Assembly: GCA_009695395.1 (NCBI GenBank)
Contig: SIBB01000001.1
Coordinates: 1-38,216 of the forward strand
DNA from: Pedosphaera sp.
GTDB lineage: Bacteria; Verrucomicrobiota; Verrucomicrobiia; Limisphaerales; SXTU01
Direction of reading: 5' to 3'
Length of the DNA stretch: 38,216 nucleotides
In this document: positions 9,464 to 16,678 of the stretch, piece after piece
Layout: each line of letters begins with the position of its first letter
Numbering within the stretch: the stretch's first letter is position 1
The notes under the pieces: model-generated
What the model was told of the DNA's origin: nothing
What the model saw: the letters and a program-made list of their open reading frames with translations, nothing else
Database searches by the model: none
Made by a program: the position numbers and the translations under genes

Positions 9464-11884
9464 TCACTTCTGCTGGAAGAGTTCGCTCGCGACAATCGCA
9501 TGGATCAACGTGCGCAGTCCATAGTCCGACTTCTTCGCCTCGGCGAGAATTCGGTTCACCGCCGCGTGATCGCCAAAACCGACCGGTTGCCCCGTCGCGT
9601 AAGTCACGAGCTTCTCCGTCAGGCAACGCGCGATCTGATCGGGGTTGGTGAGCAACAGTTTCTTGAACTCGGCGATGTCCGCGAACGCGCGCCCATCCGG
9701 CAGCGCGTCGCCCGCGTCCACGGGAAGGCCGAGGCCGTATTGATATGCGGCGAGATATTTCGCCAGCGGGCCGACGCGATTGTTCACCCAGTTCTTGCGC
9801 TCAGCCACGACGCGGTAGCGTTCGCGCCAGCCGCCGATGACGTCGTAGTTCTCCAGCGCGAAGCCCGGCGGGTCGATGCGCGCGTGGCAGCCAGCGCAGT
9901 TCTCCGTCGCGCGATGTTTCGCGAGTTGATCGCGGATGGTCGTCGCGCCGCGAATGTCGGGTTCGACGGCGGGGACGTTCGGCGGCGGTGGCGGCACGGG
10001 CCGGCCGAGAATACGGTCGAGCACCCACACGCCGCGCAGGACGGGCGAAGTCGTCGTGCCATTCGCCGTCACCTTCAGCACGCTCGCGTGTGTGAGGACG
10101 CCGCCGCGATGATGCTCGGGCTTCAGCGCGACTTTGCGGAACGCGACGCCGTGCACGTCGGGGATGCCGTAGTGTTTCGCGAGCCGCCCGTTGATCATTG
10201 CGAAATCCGAGTCCACGAAGTTCCGCACGCTCAGATTTTGTTTCAGCAATTCCTCGAAGAACAGATGCGTCTCGCGCACGGCGGACCATTGCAGCATTTC
10301 CTCCCACTCGGGATAGAGCGCTTTGTCCGGCGTGGTCGCGCCGATGTCGCGCAGGCTCAACCACTGGCCGGTGAAATTCTCCGTGAACGCCTTCGCCTTT
10401 GGATGCTTCAACATCCGCTCGACTTGCGCGCGCAGCACGTCGGACTTGCGCAGTTCGCCCTTGCCCGCGAGCGCGAGCAGTGTCTCGTCCGGCATTGTGC
10501 TCCAGAGAAAATACGAGAGGCGTGACGCCAGCGCGTGGTCGTCCAGCGGCCCCTTCGGTTCGCGCAGGAAAAGGAATTTCGGCGACGCCAACACCGCTTT
10601 GTAGCCCGCGCGCAACGCCGCCTCGAACGGCTGCCCCATCTCCAGCGACTTCGCCACGAGCGCGACGAATGGCTTCACTTCGCTCTCCACCACCGGCCGA
10701 CGGAACGCTCGCGGCAACAATGCGCGCAGCAGTTTCTCCGCGTCCGCTAACTTGCCGAGCTTCGGATCCGTGTCGCCGAACACGCGTCGAAAACTCTCCG
10801 TCGGCCATGCCTCGGGGAACGGCCCCTCGACCTCCATCCAGTGAATCTTCAGCCCCGGTCCGGGATACTCGGGCATGGTCTCGTGCTTGAGATAAACGTA
10901 GGGCAGCGCGACAGGCGTGACCTTGATGGTGTCGTTCTTCGCGCTGAGCCGTTCCTCGAACTCGATGACGGTGGGCTTGCCCGGCGGCGCATCGAAGTAG
11001 CCGAGATGCCGCGAGTAATTTCCGCTCACGACGAAGTTGCCGAGCAGCAACGCCAGCGGCAGCGGCGTCTCGGAGTTGTGCGCGGACGTCGCGATGCGGA
11101 ACCGATAGCGGCCCGGCGCGGGCGCCTTGAACTGCCGCAGGTCGCTCGATGAATCGCCGCTGCTGCGAAATAAAATCACGCCGTCGTCCTGTTTCCAAAC
11201 ACCCGCGACGAACCACGACGGCAACGAGTCGTAGAGGTTGAACCGCTCCATCTTGCTCTCCAGCTTGTGAACGGGGAGCAGCGCCGCCGTGATGACCGCG
11301 TCCGCCGCTTCGAGGTAACGCTCCATCAGCACGGGCGAAATGTTCAGCGCCGCGCCGACGTTATCGAAGCCCTGCGCGATGGTGTCTTCCGGCAGCATCT
11401 CCTTCACCGCCACGTTCACCGCGAAGAGATCGTGCACCGTGTTTTCGTATTCCACGCGATTGAGTCGACGCAAAACCACGCGGCCCTCGGCGCGATGTTT
11501 CGCGGCCGCATCGTCCAAGCGCGCGGACAACTGCCGCACGAACGTCTGCACTTGCGCCGGTTTCGGACGCGGCTCCTTCTTCGGCGGCATCTCGCCCAGT
11601 TGCGCGCGCGGGCTGATCTCGCGCCACCGATCGAAGGTGCTGGGCTTGGCGAAGTCCGTGTCCAACTGGTCCAGCCGCAAATCGCCCTTCGCCTTCTCCG
11701 GCCCGTGGCAGCGGAGGCAATGCTCCTTGAAAAACGGCTGCGCCGAACCACCGTCCGATTTTGATTTGACTGGAGATTCCGCCGCGAAGCCGCCACTCAC
11801 GCCGCAACCCAACCAGCACGCCAACGCCGTGGTGATATTGTGGAAGAACCGGCGCATGCGCCGGTTTGGAGGCCCCGCAGTCAT
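9464..11884 (-). CDS. DUF1592-family protein with N-terminal CxxCH (PSCyt3-like) module and DUF1587/1595/1592/1588/1585-type domains
   Basis: 806-aa ORF with an alternative start at 11857. The heme-binding-type motif FFKEHCLRCHGPEKAKGDLRLDQL lies at nt about 11705-11719 for the CxxCH. A second Cys motif is NCAGCHARIDPPGFALENYD. The C-terminus ...GLRTLIHAIVASELFQQK is typical of the family as I remember it. Confidence 0.85.
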   Translation of the reverse strand: MTAGPPNRRMRRFFHNITTALACWLGCGVSGGFAAESPVKSKSDGGSAQPFFKEHCLRCHGPEKAKGDLRLDQLDTDFAKPSTFDRWREISPRAQLGEMPPKKEPRPKPAQVQTFVRQLSARLDDAAAKHRAEGRVVLRRLNRVEYENTVHDLFAVNVAVKEMLPEDTIAQGFDNVGAALNISPVLMERYLEAADAVITAALLPVHKLESKMERFNLYDSLPSWFVAGVWKQDDGVILFRSSGDSSSDLRQFKAPAPGRYRFRIATSAHNSETPLPLALLLGNFVVSGNYSRHLGYFDAPPGKPTVIEFEERLSAKNDTIKVTPVALPYVYLKHETMPEYPGPGLKIHWMEVEGPFPEAWPTESFRRVFGDTDPKLGKLADAEKLLRALLPRAFRRPVVESEVKPFVALVAKSLEMGQPFEAALRAGYKAVLASPKFLFLREPKGPLDDHALASRLSYFLWSTMPDETLLALAGKGELRKSDVLRAQVERMLKHPKAKAFTENFTGQWLSLRDIGATTPDKALYPEWEEMLQWSAVRETHLFFEELLKQNLSVRNFVDSDFAMINGRLAKHYGIPDVHGVAFRKVALKPEHHRGGVLTHASVLKVTANGTTTSPVLRGVWVLDRILGRPVPPPPPNVPAVEPDIRGATTIRDQLAKHRATENCAGCHARIDPPGFALENYDVIGGWRERYRVVAERKNWVNNRVGPLAKYLAAYQYGLGLPVDAGDALPDGRAFADIAEFKKLLLTNPDQIARCLTEKLVTYATGQPVGFGDHAAVNRILAEAKKSDYGLRTLIHAIVASELFQQK

Positions 11885-11941
11885 AGGTTATTCTGTACGC
11901 GTGCGGAGGTTGAGCAGGTCAATGCGTGAAGTTGGGGTGGC

Positions 11942-12202
11942 TTACGCTGCGGTAATTTCCACGTGGGCTTCGTAGCCCAACTCGCGAAGGATATTTTCAC
12001 AATCTTCCCACGCCAGACCGAAGGCACGGACATCGGCCACACCCAACCGCGCCGGCAAAGAGGCGATCCGATTAGCGTGAGCTTCATCCAGTTCACCGTC
12101 CATCAGCGAGGTTTCCGACCAATCAACCAACTCGGCGGCAGTGATGTCGTGGCGCAGATACGCCATCAACTTTTCCGCGGTGGTTTGTTTGGTGATAATC
12201 AT
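11942..12202 (-). CDS. Small hypothetical protein (86 aa), no family recognised
   Basis: Clean ORF with an ATG at 12202 in a visibly AT-richer stretch. Acidic, helical-looking sequence: ...AELVDWSETSLMDGELDE...GVADVRAFGLAWEDCENILRELGYEAHVEI. It starts 9 nt after the stop of the IS3 orfA stub ORF on the same strand. No motif lets me name it. Confidence 0.5.
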   Translation of the reverse strand: MIITKQTTAEKLMAYLRHDITAAELVDWSETSLMDGELDEAHANRIASLPARLGVADVRAFGLAWEDCENILRELGYEAHVEITAA

Positions 12203-12211
12203 GGTCGCATC

Positions 12212-12439
12212 CTACACTTTCCGGTGGCCCTTATCCACCGGATATTTCTCGTTGATCTCCATGTGTCCAAACTGCTTCTTCCACGGGTCGAAACTCACTT
12301 CTGAGATGTTCTTTTCCGGGCAGATGTCCGCCACGCTCTTTTCCCCGCAATCCGCTTCCCGCAACATCCGGATTTTGTCTTCCGTCGTATATCGTTTGCC
12401 TTTCATCGTCTGGTCCTTTCTTGCGTCCCAGACCATCAC
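12212..12439 (-). pseudogene. Truncated IS3-family transposase orfA (helix-turn-helix N-terminal stub)
   Basis: From the ATG at 12406: MKGKRYTTEDKIRMLREADCGEKSVADICPEKNISEVSFDPWKKQFGHMEINE. This matches the conserved start of IS3/IS911-type OrfA as I remember it (KRYTxEx..ML.EA..G.SV..IC...GIS...FYRWKK.FG.ME). The FYRW motif is degraded to FDPW. Similarity is lost after MEINE, and the ORF ends 11 codons later. There is no leucine-zipper part, no orfB and no recognisable inverted repeats. Confidence 0.6.
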
Positions 12440-12514
12440 ATCAACTGGCCCGAAAAAGTGCAGTCACGTCGCCCTTCTAAAAGCTGCCTTTTCCACCTTC
12501 TACGCACTAAATTC

Positions 12515-12556
12515 CTTGAATATCAAAAAAGCTTGAATACCATGAAGGGCTTGAAG
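12515..12556 (+). promoter_or_regulatory. Three phased CTTGAA(T/G) boxes upstream of moxR (candidate -35 or operator repeats)
   Basis: CTTGAATA lies at 12515-12522 and 12532-12539, and CTTGAAG at 12550-12556, giving a spacing of 17-18 bp. The third box is followed 17 nt later by AAAATT, a weak -10-like hexamer. The boxes sit in the AT-rich region 60-100 nt before the moxR ATG. The sequence could also be IS-derived. Confidence 0.2.
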
Positions 12557-12617
12557 TCTACGAATCGCGAACAAAAATTAAATAGTCACATTAACCATCA
12601 GCCAACAGAATAGAAAT

Positions 12618-13709
12618 ATGTCCCAGGAATCCAAAAGCAGCCCCGGAGCGAAAGATGCCACTTGGCAGCCAGAAATCAGCGACGTCGAAGCAGTCAAAAA
12701 ACTGAAGCAGGCGCGAGAAGACATCACCTTGGAATTGCGGAAAGCGATCGTCGGGATGGACTCGGTCATTGACGAGGTCCTCATCGCGATTTTCTCCCGC
12801 GGTCACGCGCTGCTTGAGGGTGTGCCCGGCCTTGCCAAGACATTGTTGGTGAGTTCCATCGCCAAGACCCTTTCGCTCTCCTTCAAACGCATCCAGTTCA
12901 CTCCCGACCTCATGCCGTCCGACATCACCGGCAGCGAGTTGTTGCAGGACGACGCGGTGACCGGCGCCCGCCGTTTCATGTTCAGCAAGGGACCGATCTT
13001 CGCGAACATCGTTCTGGCCGACGAAATCAACCGGACCCCGCCCAAGACGCAGGCGGCGCTGCTCGAGGCCATGCAGGAGAAGATGGTTTCCGCGGGCGGC
13101 GAAGACTTCGAGCTCGATCTGCCATTCTTCGTTCTCGCCACGCAGAACCCTCTCGAACAGGAGGGCACCTACGCACTTCCTGAGGCGCAGCTTGACCGCT
13201 TCATGTTCAAGATCCATGTCGGCTATCCGAGCCGCAAGGAGGAGATCGGCATCATGCGCAGTGTAACCGGCGGCAAGCGCGCGCCGCTCTCCCAGGTGCT
13301 CAGCAAAGCGGACATCCTCGCACTCCAGGATCTGGTTTCTCGCGTGCCGGTGGCCGATCACATCTTCGAGTACGTCGCCACCCTAGTGCGGGCCACCCGC
13401 CCGATGGAGGAACAGGCCCCGGGGTTCATCAGGGACTTCGTCTCGTGGGGCTGCGGGCCGCGTGCCTGTCTGAATCTGATTACCGGTGCGAAAGCGCGCG
13501 CCATCTTGCACGGCCGTTTCAACGTGTCGGTGGAGGACGTCCAGGCTCTCACTGTCCCTGTCCTGCGTCACCGCATGGGGCTCAACTTCGCCGCCCAGTC
13601 TGAAGGGGTGGATGCCGAGCACGTGGCTAACCGCCTGCTTAAGGAAATCCCCAGCGACGAATCGCTCTACAAGTGGAACCCGAACACCCCGGCAGCGGTT
13701 CGCGCCTGA
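12618..13709 (+). CDS. MoxR-family AAA+ ATPase
   Basis: Walker A is LLEGVPGLAKT (nt about 12819-12842) and Walker B is IVLADEINRTPPKTQAALLEAMQE. Other MoxR-type motifs: FFVLATQNPLEQEGTYALPEAQLDRF and GCGPRA. It is the first gene of the plus-strand block. Confidence 0.95.
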   Translation: MSQESKSSPGAKDATWQPEISDVEAVKKLKQAREDITLELRKAIVGMDSVIDEVLIAIFSRGHALLEGVPGLAKTLLVSSIAKTLSLSFKRIQFTPDLMPSDITGSELLQDDAVTGARRFMFSKGPIFANIVLADEINRTPPKTQAALLEAMQEKMVSAGGEDFELDLPFFVLATQNPLEQEGTYALPEAQLDRFMFKIHVGYPSRKEEIGIMRSVTGGKRAPLSQVLSKADILALQDLVSRVPVADHIFEYVATLVRATRPMEEQAPGFIRDFVSWGCGPRACLNLITGAKARAILHGRFNVSVEDVQALTVPVLRHRMGLNFAAQSEGVDAEHVANRLLKEIPSDESLYKWNPNTPAAVRA

Positions 13710-13837
13710 GTGGCCGGCAAATCGCATGATGAGCGTGCTGCCAGCGCCACCGTTTCAAAACATGCTGGGGACGCTTACCGGACCCCGGCGCATCAAATGC
13801 CTCCGAACCCGCTCCGCTGCGATGCCTGACTCATTGA

Positions 13838-14812
13838 ATGATGGATTCTAAAACCGTTCCAGCCTCTGCCACTGTCGGCGCTTCACGGGCCGTGGTGGAC
13901 CCGTCCAAGCCACGCGCCAAGGCCCAATACCTCGACCCGGCGACCCTCAGCCGCATCGGTTCGCTCGAAGTGGTGGCGCGACAGGTGGTCGAGGGTGTCC
14001 GCATCGGTCATCACAAAAGCCCGGCGCGCGGCGTGAGCAGTGAATTCAACGCCTACCGCCAATACACGCAGGGCGACGAAACGCGCCACATTGACTGGAA
14101 GGCCTACGCTCGGAGCGACCGCTATTACGTCAAGCTCTTCGACGCGGAGACGAACTTCGTCTGCAACCTCCTGCTCGATGCCAGCAAGTCGATGACTTAC
14201 TCGTCCGGGAAAATCTCGAAGATCGAGTATGCCAAGTATCTGGCCGCCAGCCTGGCGTATCTGGTGGTGGATCAGGGCGACTCGGCCGGGATGGCGATCT
14301 TCGACGGCAAGCTGCAGAAATACGTCGAGCCGAAGGGCAGCAAGCGGGTGCTGCAGGACATGTCGAATGAGTTGGAGAAGGTCGTGCCGCAACCGCGCAC
14401 GAACGTGGGAGCGATCCTCCACGACTTCGCCCACCGCATGAAGCGGCGCGGGTTCGTGATGATCTTCTCGGACCTTTTCGACAACACCGACGAATTCATC
14501 GCCGGCCTCAACCATCTTCGTTTCGGCGGGCACAACGTGGTGCTTTTCCACATCCTCGATCCCTACGAGATCGAGTTCCCGCTCGCCGGCATGTGGAAAT
14601 TCCTCGGTCTTGAAGGCGAGGGCGAGGTCATCACCCAACCTTCCCGCGTCCGCGCCAACTACCTCAAGGAACTCGAAGAGTTCGTCGGCAAGATCCGCAA
14701 GGCCTGCGGCAAGGCGCAGGTGGATTACGTGTTGGTCAACACGGCTCAACCCGTCGAGCAAACCATCTCCAGCTATCTCATCCAGCGCACCGCGCTGGCG
14801 AACGCCCGCTGA
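13838..14812 (+). CDS. DUF58 domain protein (vWA-fold partner of MoxR)
   Basis: Family motifs: GHHKSPARGVSSEFNAYRQYTQGDETRHIDWKAYARSDRYYVK, and the MIDAS-like LLLDASKSM (DxSxS). It has the canonical position directly after moxR. Its stop overlaps the next ATG by 1 nt (TGATG). Confidence 0.9.
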   Translation: MMDSKTVPASATVGASRAVVDPSKPRAKAQYLDPATLSRIGSLEVVARQVVEGVRIGHHKSPARGVSSEFNAYRQYTQGDETRHIDWKAYARSDRYYVKLFDAETNFVCNLLLDASKSMTYSSGKISKIEYAKYLAASLAYLVVDQGDSAGMAIFDGKLQKYVEPKGSKRVLQDMSNELEKVVPQPRTNVGAILHDFAHRMKRRGFVMIFSDLFDNTDEFIAGLNHLRFGGHNVVLFHILDPYEIEFPLAGMWKFLGLEGEGEVITQPSRVRANYLKELEEFVGKIRKACGKAQVDYVLVNTAQPVEQTISSYLIQRTALANAR

Positions 14813-16674
14813 TGATTTTCCGCCCGAACAAACTAGCTCTCGCCCTGGCTCTCGCCGCTCTCGCGTCGGGGTTGACTGTGCGGGCTGCGGACGAGGTGAG
14901 TTCGGCGAATCATCCGGTCTTGAAGCGCGCCCTCGCGGAGCATCCCACGGCGGACGCCGATGCCAATGGCACCCTCTCACTGGCCGAATACGGCATCCTG
15001 CAAAAGAAGCCGCTCGTGCAGCCGCCCGCGCAGAAAGACAAGCCGGCGGTCGCGCCTTTGCCGCCTCTCCCGCCCGTCCTGCCGAATGGCGACGTGGTCG
15101 TGTCCGAGTTTGAGGAACCCAATTCGTACAAAGCCTCGGGCTGGACCAATGAAGGCGCCGCCTTTCAGGGCGACCTCGCCGCCGGCACCCGGATGATGAG
15201 ACGCCGAGTCGGTCCTTTTCAGGGAGCGGTTTTCCTCACCACCCACGCCAAATCCGAGTCCGAGATCGGACGTCTTCTCTCGCCGCCTTTCGCGCTCGAT
15301 CTCGATTTCGTCGCTGTCACCATGAGCGGCGGCAGGTTTCCCCAGCGGGTCGGCGTGAACCTGTGGATCGGAGACGAGATGGTCCGCAGCGCCACCGGAA
15401 ACAACGACGACAACTTTGAGACAGTCGCCCTAGACGTGCGCGAATTCCGCGGGCGCATGGCCCGGGTGGAACTCATTGATCAGCACCGCGGCATCTGGGG
15501 ACACCTCAACGTGGATCGCATCGTCCTCACCGCCAAACCCCGCGAGGGCCGCCGCATCGACTCGCGTCCGCCGCCGCCCGCGCTGCTCCCCGGACTTGCC
15601 CTTACCACGACCGGGCGGCAGGCTGGCCCTCTCGCGGTCACCGGCGGGCAACTCACCTCAGCCAAGACGCCGCTCGCGGCCGGGAGCATTCTTTTGGCTC
15701 TCAACGCGCAGGAATCCTCGGCTGATCCGGCACCCAACACCCCGCCACCCAGCGCCGTGCAGTTGATCAGCGGGGAAATCTGGCACGCGCAGATTGTGGG
15801 CCTGGAGGGAAAAACCCTTGCCATCAACAGCCCGCTCATCGGCCAGCGCAAGCTGCCCCTCGAAAGCCTCGCCAGCATCGAATTTCAATACGCCGACCCC
15901 TACGCTCCGCGCGAACCCGGCCACCTCTACCGCACTGGCGCCGAGCCGATTCCCGGCACGCTGGTGTGGATTCGCGACAGAGACATCGCCGTGGACTGCC
16001 CGCTCGGCGTGATTCCCGTGGACCGTCCGGCTGTCGAGCGTTACGTCCTCGCCACGCCCAAACCCGCGGAACCCTCCGGCGCGGATGTCGTCGGGCTTGT
16101 GGGTGGCGGACTGCTGCGGGGGAAGACCGCTTTTGCCGGAAACCAGATCGTTGTGACCCACGCCATCCTCGGCGAACTGAAACTGGACTGGCAAACTGTC
16201 GCCTACCTGCGGCGCGCCGCACCCGGCATGGACTGGCTGGAGGATCTGGCGATGACGGTGGAGGAGCGCCCCGCGCTCTCTTTGCCGCCACCGATGCCGC
16301 AATGGATCGAGGGCGACGTTGACAGCCACCTGCGCGCGCTCCGCATCATGCCGGAGAGCGTGGTCCGCTTCGCCCTGAAAACCAACGCCGGGGGCAAAGG
16401 CCGGGTTCGTGGGGAAATCGCCACCGTGCGCGGCTGCCGGGCCGCGATGAAAGTCACCATTCTCGCCGGCGACACCGCCATTTGGAATCAAACCATCGCC
16501 GCCGGCAGCGCGCCCGTGCCGCTCTCGCTCGACTTCCCAGCCACCAAGCAACTCGCCATCAAGGTTGAGTTCGCCGGCCCGCTCGCCTTCCCTTGCGGAA
16601 TCGAACTGCGCGATCCGCTGGTGCTGAACCTCGCGCAACTCACAACCCAGCCACAATCCACCCAACCGAAATGA
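14812..16674 (+). CDS. Secreted hypothetical protein with an EF-hand-like Ca-binding loop and probable beta-sandwich modules
   Basis: Signal peptide MIFRPNKLALALALAALASGLTVRA. The loop DADANGTLSLAE (aa 47-58, nt 14950-14985) fits the 12-residue EF-hand pattern D-x-D-x-N-G-x-L-x-x-x-E. The middle (...GRLLSPPFALDLDFVAVTMSGGRFPQRVGVNLWIGDEMV...WGHLNVDRIVL) resembles ConA/LamG-like jelly rolls. The C-terminus (...MKVTILAGDTAIWNQTI...LAIKVEFAGP...) resembles NPCBM-like modules. Both fold guesses come from memory only. Confidence 0.7.
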   Translation: MIFRPNKLALALALAALASGLTVRAADEVSSANHPVLKRALAEHPTADADANGTLSLAEYGILQKKPLVQPPAQKDKPAVAPLPPLPPVLPNGDVVVSEFEEPNSYKASGWTNEGAAFQGDLAAGTRMMRRRVGPFQGAVFLTTHAKSESEIGRLLSPPFALDLDFVAVTMSGGRFPQRVGVNLWIGDEMVRSATGNNDDNFETVALDVREFRGRMARVELIDQHRGIWGHLNVDRIVLTAKPREGRRIDSRPPPPALLPGLALTTTGRQAGPLAVTGGQLTSAKTPLAAGSILLALNAQESSADPAPNTPPPSAVQLISGEIWHAQIVGLEGKTLAINSPLIGQRKLPLESLASIEFQYADPYAPREPGHLYRTGAEPIPGTLVWIRDRDIAVDCPLGVIPVDRPAVERYVLATPKPAEPSGADVVGLVGGGLLRGKTAFAGNQIVVTHAILGELKLDWQTVAYLRRAAPGMDWLEDLAMTVEERPALSLPPPMPQWIEGDVDSHLRALRIMPESVVRFALKTNAGGKGRVRGEIATVRGCRAAMKVTILAGDTAIWNQTIAAGSAPVPLSLDFPATKQLAIKVEFAGPLAFPCGIELRDPLVLNLAQLTTQPQSTQPK

Positions 16675-16678
16675 ACTG

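Noticed and set aside
13710-13837. 128-nt gap between moxR and DUF58 as a possible small gene or regulatory RNA.
   Set aside because: I found no ORF with a plausible start or composition, and no obvious stable hairpin on inspection. It is most simply an untranslated spacer, or DUF58 starts at an unrecognised upstream non-ATG codon.
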